Below are positions 1 to 9,504 of a DNA stretch of 64,000 nucleotides, one piece after another (the first letter of the stretch is position 1; each line of letters starts with the position of its first letter). This DNA is from a virus: positions 64,001 through 128,000 of the IMG/VR virus record IMGVR_UViG_3300029985_000017, one strand, 5' to 3'. Below the pieces are notes generated by a model that searched no databases, was not told the origin of the DNA, and was given only the letters and a program-made list of their open reading frames with translations. A program made the translations under genes and the position numbers.

Positions 1-1
1 C

Positions 2-589
2 ACAAAAGCTTTAGATTTATATTTATCGGGAAAAACTTACCACGAAGTAGGTCAAATTCTTACCGTAAAAAAAGATATTGTTCTTTATTTAGCTCAAAAG
101 TTTGATTGGTACGATACCAAAATGCAACACCTAGAAATTTTAGATGCTAATTTAAAAGAACGCATTTTACATGCTAAACTTGTTAACCAGGATTTTGCAT
201 TACAGCTCCAACAATTCTTTCTCCAAAAGATTGGTAGAAAAATGAAACGTTTTATGGCTACTGGAGATGACGCCGAAGCAGCCAAGGTTAATGGCGCCGA
301 TATCGATAGGTACATAAAGGCAGTAGAATTATTGGATAAATTGACCACAGAAAAGAATAATACTAATGGGCGAGGACCAGCCGTAGGTCTAAATTTGGGC
401 GATGGCGGTGTAGATATTAAGCGTGTAAATGAGAATGAAATTACTATCACTCCACGCAATAAAACTGTTGCTCAAATGCTAAATGAACTAGCTAATGAAA
501 AACGTAGAGAAGAAAATGAGACAAAAGATCCCTCTTATGATATAAGTAAGAATACGGACGAAAACAAACCTGAAAGGAACGAAGAATGA
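2..589 (+). CDS. HTH protein, possibly terminase small subunit-like (5' end outside the window)
   Basis: The frame is open from base 2. Upstream of the ORF-track start it reads TKALDLYLSGKTYHEVGQILTVKKDIVLYLAQKFDW, an HTH ending in W as in TerS N-termini. Confidence 0.5.
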   Translation, partial: TKALDLYLSGKTYHEVGQILTVKKDIVLYLAQKFDWYDTKMQHLEILDANLKERILHAKLVNQDFALQLQQFFLQKIGRKMKRFMATGDDAEAAKVNGADIDRYIKAVELLDKLTTEKNNTNGRGPAVGLNLGDGGVDIKRVNENEITITPRNKTVAQMLNELANEKRREENETKDPSYDISKNTDENKPERNEE

Positions 590-1431
590 ATATTTTTAAG
601 AAAACCGTAGTTGGATTGATGGCTTTTGCCGCTGTTGTGGCTTATCCCCTTGTATCCACTGGAAAGACCGATAGTAAAGCTGATAAAATTACACTCAATA
701 AGAATAATACCGTTATTCTTAATGGAGAAATTGATGATGCCTCTGCAGCGACCACAATCAAGTCGTTGATGGAGCTTGATAGTGGCACTTTTGGAAAAAA
801 GAAGCCCATTTATTTGTTTGTGTATAGCCCAGGCGGCAGTATTCAAGCTGGCCTAGAGCTTATTGAGGCTGCAAAAGGACTAGATCGTCAAGTTGATACC
901 ATTACAATGTTTGCCGCTTCAATGGCATTTCAAACCGTCCAAAACCTAGGGGAGAGGCTCATTCTTAAAAATGGTGTACTCATGTCTCATAGGGCTGCTG
1001 GTGGTTTTGAAGGCAATTTTGGTGGTCAATTTCCTAGCCAAATCGATAGTCGTTATAGCTTTTGGCTCCATAGGCTTCAAGAATTGGACGAAAAGACTGT
1101 TGAACGCACCAACGGAAAACAGACCCTACAGACTTATCAAGATGCTTATAAAAACGAAGCTTGGTGGACCGGTTCTCAATCCCTTCAGTTTGGGTATGCA
1201 GATAGAATCGTAACACTTAAATGCGATGATTCTTTGTCTGGAACCGACGTACACCATGTAAGCTTTATGGGTATTCCAGTTCAGTACGAAACGTCTAAAT
1301 GTCCTTTGATTACGGCTCCAATGAATGTGAAGATCGAAGAACAAGCCAAAAAAATGGTTACCGATGAAAATGCTGAGCAGATCAAGAAAAAGTTTCTTGA
1401 GAGTCGTGATCTAGAAAAGAACGTTCGTTAA
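586..1431 (+). CDS. clpP: ClpP/crotonase-like serine protease with N-terminal signal or membrane anchor
   Basis: Motifs LNGEID, YSPGGS, AASMA (catalytic Ser) and LMSH (catalytic His). The N-terminus MNIFKKTVVGLMAFAAVVAYP is hydrophobic. Confidence 0.8.
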   Translation: MNIFKKTVVGLMAFAAVVAYPLVSTGKTDSKADKITLNKNNTVILNGEIDDASAATTIKSLMELDSGTFGKKKPIYLFVYSPGGSIQAGLELIEAAKGLDRQVDTITMFAASMAFQTVQNLGERLILKNGVLMSHRAAGGFEGNFGGQFPSQIDSRYSFWLHRLQELDEKTVERTNGKQTLQTYQDAYKNEAWWTGSQSLQFGYADRIVTLKCDDSLSGTDVHHVSFMGIPVQYETSKCPLITAPMNVKIEEQAKKMVTDENAEQIKKKFLESRDLEKNVR

Positions 1432-1679
1432 TGCCTCTGATCTATTATCTCTGTACTTGTAAAAAATCTACTTCTAAATTTTACCGGATGGCCAAGGATG
1501 CGCCGTCCGGGTTTTCTTGCGAATGTGGTTCTGAATTTAAGAGACAGCTTTCTAGCCCTTCCAATGCATCAAAAATTGTAATAGACAATGGGTTTCAAGC
1601 TAAAGCAGTTGAAGTTGACCTTAATATAATCAATTCAAATTTAGAAAACTCCACGAAGGATTTTAGAGAAGAAGATTAA
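1431..1679 (+). CDS. Small zinc-ribbon protein (FmdB-like)
   Basis: MPLIYYLCTC...CECG pattern. TAATG overlap with the upstream gene. Confidence 0.55.
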   Translation: MPLIYYLCTCKKSTSKFYRMAKDAPSGFSCECGSEFKRQLSSPSNASKIVIDNGFQAKAVEVDLNIINSNLENSTKDFREED

Positions 1680-1681
1680 CT

Positions 1682-1735
1682 ATGACTTTATTTTTTATAG
1701 TTTTTATTATCGTGGTTTTGTATCTTCTTGATTAA
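1682..1735 (+). CDS. Possible 17-aa hydrophobic micropeptide
   Basis: ATG at 1682 reads MTLFFIVFIIVVLYLLD* and fills the gap before the next promoter. The RBS is weak. Confidence 0.3.
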   Translation: MTLFFIVFIIVVLYLLD

Positions 1736-1739
1736 TTTC

Positions 1740-1768
1740 TTGACTTTTTGATTTTTCTAGCTTATTCT
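1740..1768 (+). promoter_or_regulatory. sigma70-type promoter, probably leaderless
   Basis: TTGACT-17-TATTCT, with the ATG 7 nt downstream. Confidence 0.6.
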
Positions 1769-1775
1769 ATATTTA

Positions 1776-3956
1776 ATGCTCAAATTAAAAACCTTAAAAT
1801 TTAAGAATATCGGCAGATTTGTTGAAGAACAAACGATTGATTTAGCCAACTTAGGGTCATTGATTCAAGTAGATGCCCAAAATAATCTTACTGGCGGCTC
1901 TAGCGGTTCTGGAAAATCCACTGTTTTCAATGCTTTAGATTGGCTATTAGGATTATCCGACCTTAGTACTGGAGTTCTTCAATCCAGACTTACCAAAGAA
2001 ACCATCTCTGTAACTGGCGAATTTGATTGGGATGGCCACTCTGTTACCATCCATAGGGCAAAAAAGCTATCTGTTACAGTAGACGGCATAGAAACGGTAG
2101 GTTCATCCAAACTAGCCGAAGAAGAATTGGATAAGATCCTAGGACTCCCAAGGCATCTATTTTCTGTTTTACTCCATCGCAGACAGGGTGAAACTGGATT
2201 TTTTCTTAAGATGACCCCCTCTAAAATGAATGAATTTCTGACAGATTGCCTTGGATTATCCACAGTTAACTCTAAAATTGACTTAATTGATGCTAAGATA
2301 AAGATTTATACCATAGATAGGGCTAAGGCTGAATCTGACCTCCAAAGCGCTCAGGCTGCCTTAGAAGCAACCAAATCGGCTATAGCATCCTTGGGAGAGG
2401 AACCTAAGACGGACGTCACTGAGACGAATCTAACGCTTCTTAAAATGGCCTTTGAAGGCGCTGAAAGCGAACTCTATCGCGAAAAAACCGCCCGTACTTT
2501 AGAAAAGGGTCTCTTAGAGCAAAAAAAACCCATTCTAACCGCCATCTCCTTTGATTTTACTCAACTTAATTCTTTAAACGATAGTGTGTCAGAAGTAAAA
2601 GCACAAATAAATGCCGAGTTGGATAAAGAACGGGCAAGACAAACGGAAGTTCGCAATTTAGCAGCGGCCCTTAAACTAGAGGTCAATAACAAAATTTCCA
2701 CCTTGAGACTAGAGCATCAGAAGAAAATTGCTGAAGCCAAGACTTCTATATTCAATTTAAGCGGTATGGTTTCAACTGGTAGGACTGCCAAAGAAAAAGC
2801 CATCCAGCTAGCATCAAGAATCAAAACTTTGAGGGATGGAAGCTGCCACGTCTGCTTGCAGTCTTGGAAAACCGATGAAAATAAGACCGAAGAAGAAAAG
2901 CTTCTCAAAGAACTTGCTGAATGCAAGATAGATATGGACGCATCGGTTTTTGCTGCAAACGAACTAGAAGAAATGAAAGCTGCCCTTATAACACTAAACG
3001 ATCAAGTAAATGCTGAAATAGCTGCATTGAATGACCAACTAGCCTCAGAAACTGCGATTTTAACGGAACAAGCAAAACCACAAGTATATCCAGTACTAAT
3101 AGAGCTTAACACTAAACTTAGAGAAGTTACCAAGCTAAGGTTGGAAGAAAAAGAAAAAGAAGACCTTCACAATAAAGAACAAAATTTAAAGAATCAGGCC
3201 TTGATGCAAGTTTTTTACGAAGAGCAGAAGGCTTTAAATGAAAAACACCAAACTGAGCTTGCCGGTATGGTTAAATATATAGCTGAGGCTAAGGCTAAAT
3301 ATGAACAAGCGGAACAAGCCCTTAAGGCCCACAAAGAGTCCTTGGCACGTTATAGTTCTACTCTAGGGTCTTTGAAAGCTAAAGAAACTGATATCAACCA
3401 AAAAGTAGTCCATATGAACCAAAAGTTGGCTACGATAACTGAAGACTTAGAGTTAGCCGAAGAAGCCAAAAAGTGCCTAAAGTCTTACCTTTCTTGTTCT
3501 TTTGATGGCTCATTGATTTCTATCTCTGAAAGCGCAACTAGGATACTCAGATCGGTTCCTACCATGGCAAATGCGACGATTAGGCTTGAAGGGACTAAGG
3601 AAACAGCAAAGGGCGCTATTAAAGATGAAGTTACTGCTTGTTTGGATAATGATGGAGAATTAGACATTCCTATTAAGAGTCTTTCTGGTGGGGAACGTTC
3701 CGCTGTAGACTTGGCCATAGACTTAGCAGTAATTGAATTAATTGAAGACAGAACTAATAAAGGTATAGATTTATTGTTATTAGATGAGATTTTTAATGGT
3801 TTTGACAGTTTGGGCATAGAACATGCATTAGAAATGCTAAAGACTTTCGGTGCCAACAAAAAACTATTGCTCGTAGAACACGATGGTATCGCTAAGGAAT
3901 ACATTCAAGACAGGATCACCGTTATTCGCGATGGCGAAACAAGTTATTTAAAATAA
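1776..3956 (+). CDS. sbcC: SbcC/Rad50/gp46-like SMC ATPase
   Basis: Walker A GSSGSGKST, long coiled coil with zinc hook CHVC, signature LSGGE, Walker B LLLLDE. Confidence 0.9.
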   Translation: MLKLKTLKFKNIGRFVEEQTIDLANLGSLIQVDAQNNLTGGSSGSGKSTVFNALDWLLGLSDLSTGVLQSRLTKETISVTGEFDWDGHSVTIHRAKKLSVTVDGIETVGSSKLAEEELDKILGLPRHLFSVLLHRRQGETGFFLKMTPSKMNEFLTDCLGLSTVNSKIDLIDAKIKIYTIDRAKAESDLQSAQAALEATKSAIASLGEEPKTDVTETNLTLLKMAFEGAESELYREKTARTLEKGLLEQKKPILTAISFDFTQLNSLNDSVSEVKAQINAELDKERARQTEVRNLAAALKLEVNNKISTLRLEHQKKIAEAKTSIFNLSGMVSTGRTAKEKAIQLASRIKTLRDGSCHVCLQSWKTDENKTEEEKLLKELAECKIDMDASVFAANELEEMKAALITLNDQVNAEIAALNDQLASETAILTEQAKPQVYPVLIELNTKLREVTKLRLEEKEKEDLHNKEQNLKNQALMQVFYEEQKALNEKHQTELAGMVKYIAEAKAKYEQAEQALKAHKESLARYSSTLGSLKAKETDINQKVVHMNQKLATITEDLELAEEAKKCLKSYLSCSFDGSLISISESATRILRSVPTMANATIRLEGTKETAKGAIKDEVTACLDNDGELDIPIKSLSGGERSAVDLAIDLAVIELIEDRTNKGIDLLLLDEIFNGFDSLGIEHALEMLKTFGANKKLLLVEHDGIAKEYIQDRITVIRDGETSYLK

Positions 3957-3959
3957 ACC

Positions 3960-3988
3960 TTGACTTTTGAGTAAGTATAGTTTAGTGT
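3960..3988 (+). promoter_or_regulatory. sigma70-type promoter
   Basis: TTGACT-17-TAGTGT, followed by a GAGG RBS and the ATG at 4006. Confidence 0.55.
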
Positions 3989-4005
3989 ATTAAACAGAGG
4001 CCATA

Positions 4006-4278
4006 ATGACAACCTACTTGTTGGACAAAAAAGATCTTTATATGATTGTCTGTAATGCTAAGAAAAATATGTTAGATTTTAATTTGCCTATTTATGTTAC
4101 TCAAAATCAAGTAGAACAAGGAGAAATACCTTCGTTAGCTATGCTAGAATCTGTATTAATGACTTTAAATTCTAAAGGTTTGTTAAATCGTATAGTTAAA
4201 GTTGACTATACGGATCCGGCCTGTGAGCATGATCCTGAATCGCCTCTTGAAGATGAAGAACCTGTAAAGAAAAAATAA
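4006..4278 (+). CDS. Hypothetical protein
   Basis: ORF with an RBS and an upstream promoter. Confidence 0.7.
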   Translation: MTTYLLDKKDLYMIVCNAKKNMLDFNLPIYVTQNQVEQGEIPSLAMLESVLMTLNSKGLLNRIVKVDYTDPACEHDPESPLEDEEPVKKK

Positions 4279-4288
4279 GGAGAATATA

Positions 4289-4591
4289 ATGGGAAGACCT
4301 AAGAAAGAACCACTCTCAGAACTAGAAAAGCTCGCTAAGAAGATTGGCCCCGATTTTAAGGAAGTTCTAGCTGAACTAGAAGCCGCTGATGCAGAAGGAC
4401 TCAACAAACGTATTGCTCAAGCAGCTCAAGCTATTAGCGATACGTCTGCAGAGCTTAAAGCCAATCCAGAATATGAGCAAATTGTAAATGATAAGAAACT
4501 CCTTGAATCAGGACTTAGGGAAGTTAAACAACGACAAAATGCTATTATTAAGGTATGTTTGAGCTTGCGAAAGGATCGCGGGGAAGCTTAA
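4289..4591 (+). CDS. Hypothetical coiled-coil protein with an N-terminal GRPKK motif
   Basis: Strong RBS (AAGGAG) and helical composition. Confidence 0.7.
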   Translation: MGRPKKEPLSELEKLAKKIGPDFKEVLAELEAADAEGLNKRIAQAAQAISDTSAELKANPEYEQIVNDKKLLESGLREVKQRQNAIIKVCLSLRKDRGEA

Positions 4592-5235
4592 TGGTTTTGG
4601 AACGAGTTCTATCACTTGATCTCAGCACTAAAACAGGATACTGTTTGGGCTTATGCTCCGATAAATCCCTAGTTTTGGAAGCTTATGGTCAAGTAGATAA
4701 AATTCCATGTCCAGAAGAAGAGCCCTATCCAGGGTCGTATGTTACTTGGGCCTATAAGTGTTATGCGGAAGTAGAGAAACTAATAGAACAATTTCAGCCA
4801 GATGCTTTAGTGGTAGAGGAAGTTACCAAATCTAAGAATGCGTTTAGTCAAAAAATATTGGATTACCTACATTTCCTAGTGGCTAAGTTTATTCAGGAAA
4901 CTGGTATTAAAAACATTTATTTACAGACCGGTGATTGGAGAAAAGAAATCGGTTCATACATGAATGATTCTGAAAGAAAGAAGAATAAGGAAGTTAAAGA
5001 TTATAAAAAGGCTTATGAGAAGAAACACGGCAAAAAGACTACCGTGGCATATGATATAACTACGGGTAAGCGTATCGGCATGATTGGTAAAAAACACGTT
5101 ACTATTAGACTTATTAATGATAATTTTAAGGATCAATTAAAAGCCCCATTAAAGCGTAAAGATGAAGATACCGCTGACGGCATTTCACTTGTATGGGCTT
5201 ACGATCTAAGACGCAAGAGAGGAATTTATGGCTAA
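4591..5235 (+). CDS. RuvC-like Holliday junction resolvase
   Basis: VLSLDLSTKTGY, LVVEE and C-terminal DEDTADG match the RNase H-fold acidic catalytic residues. The start at 4591 is supported by a TAATG overlap. Confidence 0.75.
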   Translation: MVLERVLSLDLSTKTGYCLGLCSDKSLVLEAYGQVDKIPCPEEEPYPGSYVTWAYKCYAEVEKLIEQFQPDALVVEEVTKSKNAFSQKILDYLHFLVAKFIQETGIKNIYLQTGDWRKEIGSYMNDSERKKNKEVKDYKKAYEKKHGKKTTVAYDITTGKRIGMIGKKHVTIRLINDNFKDQLKAPLKRKDEDTADGISLVWAYDLRRKRGIYG

Positions 5236-6178
5236 AAATATTTGGGATGACGAAGAACCTTTTATGGATGGTGCTCCAGCCTTTGAAAATGGTCAATGGA
5301 AAGAGCCAGATACTTACACTCCAGCACCTGACAATATGATTAATGCTGAAAAGATTAAAGAAGCTAGAGCTTTGGCTGCACAACAACCAATCGAAGAAGA
5401 TTACGATCTAGACGAACTTACAGAACAAGTTTCTCAAGACGATGACGATGATGATTTTACTGAAGTTTTGTCAGATGCTCGCCTTAGGTTGGAACAAGGT
5501 AAACTATACGAAATGGTAATGAATCACGGCCTATTTGATGGAGTAGAAGCTGATCCTAGGGCTGCTAAAAGTGTTCAAAAGCAAATTCGTAAGTTTGCCA
5601 AAGAACAAATGGAGATCATGCTTGGTATGCGTCAAGAACAAACTCTTGCAAATAATGCAATAGTTTCATCTCCCTTTAATGACCTAGAAGTTACAATTCT
5701 TAAAAAATTGGCTTCTGCTGCAAGTAAAGGTGCTACTGAATCTGAAGAAGCTCAAGTACAGACTCCAACACCAGTACAAGCTCAACCCCAAAAGAAAAAG
5801 ACTCTAAATTCTATTGGTAATAAGCCCCAAGCAAAGCCTCAACCAAAATCAATTCAAAAGAGGGTTGAACCTATTCAACGTACAGCAAAACCTAAGTTGG
5901 ATCTACCACCAGAATTTGAGCCAGATTATGAACCTTTGTCAAAACCAGTTCATAAAATGACTGCGGCAGAATTGGCAGAAAGAGATCGTCAAGCTGCAGA
6001 AAGACAAAAGGCGCGTACTTCAGCTATGCCAGCCAATAGAGCACCATATCCTGACTATGCAACTCGTGAAATGTTGGCTATGAGCCAAGCTAATCGCGCC
6101 ACTGGTGGAGCGGGTATGTCCGCTTTTAATGGTAAGCTATCACAATTGATTATTAATAATCAAATTAAAAAGAGTTAA
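5228..6178 (+). CDS. Hypothetical protein (acidic N-terminus, Pro/Gln-rich linker)
   Basis: Long ORF with a GAGG RBS. Confidence 0.75.
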   Translation: MAKNIWDDEEPFMDGAPAFENGQWKEPDTYTPAPDNMINAEKIKEARALAAQQPIEEDYDLDELTEQVSQDDDDDDFTEVLSDARLRLEQGKLYEMVMNHGLFDGVEADPRAAKSVQKQIRKFAKEQMEIMLGMRQEQTLANNAIVSSPFNDLEVTILKKLASAASKGATESEEAQVQTPTPVQAQPQKKKTLNSIGNKPQAKPQPKSIQKRVEPIQRTAKPKLDLPPEFEPDYEPLSKPVHKMTAAELAERDRQAAERQKARTSAMPANRAPYPDYATREMLAMSQANRATGGAGMSAFNGKLSQLIINNQIKKS

Positions 6179-6226
6179 TAAAAGTTCTCATAACGAGAAG
6201 TAACTGAAACCAAAAGGAGAAATAGA

Positions 6227-6841
6227 ATGTCTGAAACGAATACTGGAAATAAGAAGAGTGCAACTGAACGATTGGAAGATCTAGAAAACCTAACCCAACG
6301 AGTAATCCAAGCTATCCAACCTTTGGAATCATCTCTTAGGGACATCGCAGGTCTTAGGGAAGCTCTCAAGCTTCTCAACAATAAGCTTGATGCTGTAGTT
6401 AAGTCTGTTAATGCTGGCGGACCTATCACTGACGACGGCATCTCGAAGTACATGGTCGAAAATAATGTCAAGGAATTAACTTCAAGGGTAGAAGGTATGG
6501 TTTCTCAGGGCATGCTTGTTGCCACCGATACGGTTAGCAAGGAATCGTTTGTTGTTGTAAACGAAGCCGATGCTTCTGGAACGATTGTCAATCCAAGGAT
6601 GCAATTTTTGCTTTCTGCTTTGGATAACGAAGAAGTTCGTACAAAGCTTGAAGGTGCTAAGACTGGAGACAATATCTTTATTGGGGATAAGGGCGCTTCT
6701 ATTAATATTCTAGAAGCATATACCTTGGCTACTCCTCAAGCTCCTGCTGCTGAACCTTCGGCACCAGAAGCTTCAACAGACGCTTCAGCTCCCGCATCTA
6801 CAGATGCATCAACTGCTGGCTCAACGGAAGCTACTGCTTAA
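6227..6841 (+). CDS. Hypothetical coiled-coil protein with a possible GreA/FKBP-like C-terminal domain
   Basis: AAGGAG RBS. The segment KLEGAKTGDNIFIG...INILEAY resembles the Gre C-terminal LxGxxxGD motif. Confidence 0.45.
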   Translation: MSETNTGNKKSATERLEDLENLTQRVIQAIQPLESSLRDIAGLREALKLLNNKLDAVVKSVNAGGPITDDGISKYMVENNVKELTSRVEGMVSQGMLVATDTVSKESFVVVNEADASGTIVNPRMQFLLSALDNEEVRTKLEGAKTGDNIFIGDKGASINILEAYTLATPQAPAAEPSAPEASTDASAPASTDASTAGSTEATA

Positions 6842-6848
6842 TAGATAT

Positions 6849-7310
6849 ATGAAGAAGGCAAAACCTACTCCAGTTTGTAGTTTTAAGAATTGCAAAAAGC
6901 CACTCTATAAAAAGGGTGTCAGTTGGAGTAGGTTTTGCTATTCTCATAGATATAAAGTAAGCACTACCGGATTTCTTGGAAATTTATATAGAAGTATGAG
7001 ACGACGCGTAGAGGGGAGAACTGCTCACAATAGAGGTAATTGGGCAGGTAAGCCTATTCTTCCAAAAGACGTTTTTGTTCAATGGGCTAAGAATCACCCA
7101 GATTTTCTAGCTTCTTATAAAAGATGGTTTTCTAATGGATTCGATCGCAAACTTACCCCTTCTGTAAATAGAATGAATTCTAATAAAGGTTATGTTCTAG
7201 GTAATATGGAATGGATGACCAACTCTCAAAATTCTGGTTTGTCTGGTGAAGTAAGAAAAATGAAAAACAAAAAGGCAATTTACGACCTTTTAGGAGTAAC
7301 GAATGGCTGA
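6849..7310 (+). CDS. HNH-like (His-Me) endonuclease
   Basis: TPSVNRMNSNKGYVLGNMEWMTNSQN matches the phage SIDRIDxxKGYxxxNxxWxTxxxN family. N-terminal Cys cluster. Confidence 0.7.
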   Translation: MKKAKPTPVCSFKNCKKPLYKKGVSWSRFCYSHRYKVSTTGFLGNLYRSMRRRVEGRTAHNRGNWAGKPILPKDVFVQWAKNHPDFLASYKRWFSNGFDRKLTPSVNRMNSNKGYVLGNMEWMTNSQNSGLSGEVRKMKNKKAIYDLLGVTNG

Positions 7311-8052
7311 AACTAAACTTGAAAAAATTCTACTAATCCCCGATACGCATGTTCCATATCACGACAAAGAAGCTTTTAAGTTGATGCTTAAGGCTGGCAA
7401 AGCTTTTAAACCACAACATGCGATTATCCTTGGGGATTTTGCAGATTTTTACGGAGTGAGCAGCCACAGCAAGGATCCCAACCGCGCTTTGAAACTTAAA
7501 GAAGAAATTGAAGCCACTAAGGAAGCTCTAGATCAAGTTATATCTATCGGCGCCAAAAATAATGTTTTTGTTTCTGGTAATCACGAAGATCGTCTAGAAC
7601 GCTATCTTCGTGATAAAGCTCCAGAGTTGTTTAATTTTATCTCTATCCCAAAAATTCTAGAACTTAAAGAAAAGGGATTTAAGTATACTCCATATAAGCA
7701 AGCCTATAAAATTGGCAAACTCAATGTAACCCACGATACCGGTGTTGCTGGTAGATTTGCACATTATAAAGCTTTGGACACTTTTCAACATAATATTGTG
7801 ATCGGACATACACATCGTGTTGGGTATGCTATCGAAGGTAATGCCCAAGGTGAACGTCATGTTTGTGCCCAATTCGGGTGGTTAGGCGATGTAGCAGAGA
7901 TTGATTATATGAATCAAGTTAAGGCTCGCAAGGAGTGGAGTTTGGGCTTTGGTATTGGATACCTTAACCCAAAAAATGGTACGGTGTATTTGGTTCCAGT
8001 GCCCATTATCAACGGAACTTGTCTTATTGAAGGAAAGCTCTATACACTTTAA
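7303..8052 (+). CDS. Calcineurin-like metallophosphoesterase
   Basis: Motifs PDTH, GDFAD, GNHE, THD and GHTH. Confidence 0.9.
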   Translation: MAETKLEKILLIPDTHVPYHDKEAFKLMLKAGKAFKPQHAIILGDFADFYGVSSHSKDPNRALKLKEEIEATKEALDQVISIGAKNNVFVSGNHEDRLERYLRDKAPELFNFISIPKILELKEKGFKYTPYKQAYKIGKLNVTHDTGVAGRFAHYKALDTFQHNIVIGHTHRVGYAIEGNAQGERHVCAQFGWLGDVAEIDYMNQVKARKEWSLGFGIGYLNPKNGTVYLVPVPIINGTCLIEGKLYTL

Positions 8053-8060
8053 GGATATTT

Positions 8061-8447
8061 GTGTCTACTAAAAAAGAAGAGCTTGCAAAAATTGACCGCA
8101 ACATAAAAGACGCTGAAATCAGACTTAAGAATTTTACTCTTAATATAGAGACAATTCAGAAAGAGATTGACTTTCTTGAAAATGTTGGGGAACAACTAGA
8201 CGAAAACATAAAATATCTCAAAAAGAACAAGATTATAACTTTAGCAGAAGAATATAAAAAATCTAAAGAAAATCTTAAAAAAACTAAAACTAGACTCGTT
8301 CAGCTTAAAAGTGATAAAATAATCAATGAAAAAGCTTATAAAGAGCTTGATGTATATCTAGAGAAAAATAAGGAGCTATATGATAAGCTTTCAAAACAAG
8401 GTGAAAACAACGTCCTACAGGGAAAGTTTGGTCGAAATCGTGAATAG
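8061..8447 (+). CDS. Hypothetical coiled-coil protein
   Basis: GTG start after AAGGA, with a heptad-rich sequence. Confidence 0.7.
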   Translation: MSTKKEELAKIDRNIKDAEIRLKNFTLNIETIQKEIDFLENVGEQLDENIKYLKKNKIITLAEEYKKSKENLKKTKTRLVQLKSDKIINEKAYKELDVYLEKNKELYDKLSKQGENNVLQGKFGRNRE

Positions 8448-8670
8448 GGAAGAAGTTAAAAAGAAGATCATGGAGGATCCCGATTTTATTAAATCCCATA
8501 AGTATGGGAACTCACTAAGTAAATTTCTTTCCAATAACAATGGCGATCTTGAAAATGCTACTATAGCTAGATTGTTAATGATTTCTGAAGATGAAGTTGA
8601 AAATATTTATAAAGAAGTTGTTGACTTTATCAAAAATAAGATGCAAGATGGAAAAGATGAAAGTAATTGA
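8440..8670 (+). CDS. Small HTH protein (sigma region 4-like)
   Basis: LENATIARLLMISEDEVENIY has an HTH pattern. The GTG start overlaps the upstream gene. Confidence 0.5.
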   Translation: MNREEVKKKIMEDPDFIKSHKYGNSLSKFLSNNNGDLENATIARLLMISEDEVENIYKEVVDFIKNKMQDGKDESN

Positions 8671-9310
8671 AGTCTACAGTGACGGATCTGCCACTACAGC
8701 CGCTAAACCCGGAGGTTACGCTTGGGTAATGGTTGTAGATGGAGTTAAGCACTCTGAAGGCTCAGGACATGTTGTTAGTGCTACCAACAACGATATGGAG
8801 TTGGAATCAGCAATTCAAGGTTTGTCGGCAGTATTAAAGTATATACTTTTATCTACTTCTACATGTGAAGATCCTGAAAAAAGTAAAGAGATTGCCCGAT
8901 GTGAAGTTATTCTAGTATCTGATTCCCAAATAACCTTAGGATGGGCATCTGGAACCTATAGGTTTAAACAAGAATCCAAAATAGAAAAGTATAAGCAATT
9001 AAAAGGTTTAATGGAATCTTTGAACGCTAAAACTCGTTGGGTTAAGGGCCACTCAGGAGATCCCTACAATAGTAGGTGTGATCTTCTTGCTAATAACGCT
9101 AGAAAAGGTCTTATGCAAAAAAGCGTTATTAATCCTGATTCGCTAAAGAATAGTTTAATTGGCACCAAAAAAGAAGGCGTATTTTGCGTTTGGTGGGGAG
9201 ATAAACTTAAAATTATTTGCTTGACAAATAACGCTATTGAGGACTACAATAGAGAGATACACGGTAAACGTGGGTCTGCAATCGAAATAAGACAGGAGAG
9301 AATGAGATGA
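8648..9310 (+). CDS. rnhA: Ribonuclease HI with C-terminal extension
   Basis: Motifs YSDGSA, TNNDMEL, SDSQ and WVKGHSGDPYNSRCDLLA. Confidence 0.92.
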   Translation: MEKMKVIEVYSDGSATTAAKPGGYAWVMVVDGVKHSEGSGHVVSATNNDMELESAIQGLSAVLKYILLSTSTCEDPEKSKEIARCEVILVSDSQITLGWASGTYRFKQESKIEKYKQLKGLMESLNAKTRWVKGHSGDPYNSRCDLLANNARKGLMQKSVINPDSLKNSLIGTKKEGVFCVWWGDKLKIICLTNNAIEDYNREIHGKRGSAIEIRQERMR

Positions 9311-9504
9311 GCGGTTATAAACTTAAGGATCCTTTCGGTGAACTTGCTTCGGAATATCAAAAGTCTCCCCGTTTTTTAGATGATAATAAAGAAAAGGCTT
9401 GGAATGATGCTATACTAGACCTCAACAAAAACTTTTTGGTTTGGGGCGAATTTGATCCAGGAGGATCACACATTCATTCCCCAGCCTTTCTTAGGGAAAC
9501 CTAA
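9307..9504 (+). CDS. Hypothetical protein
   Basis: Translationally coupled to its neighbours at both ends (ATGA and TAATG). Confidence 0.6.
   Translation: MSGYKLKDPFGELASEYQKSPRFLDDNKEKAWNDAILDLNKNFLVWGEFDPGGSHIHSPAFLRET

Noticed and set aside
7303-8052. Metallophosphoesterase as the SbcD/Mre11 partner
   Set aside because: It is not adjacent to sbcC and is short, with no evident capping domain, so the assignment cannot be supported.
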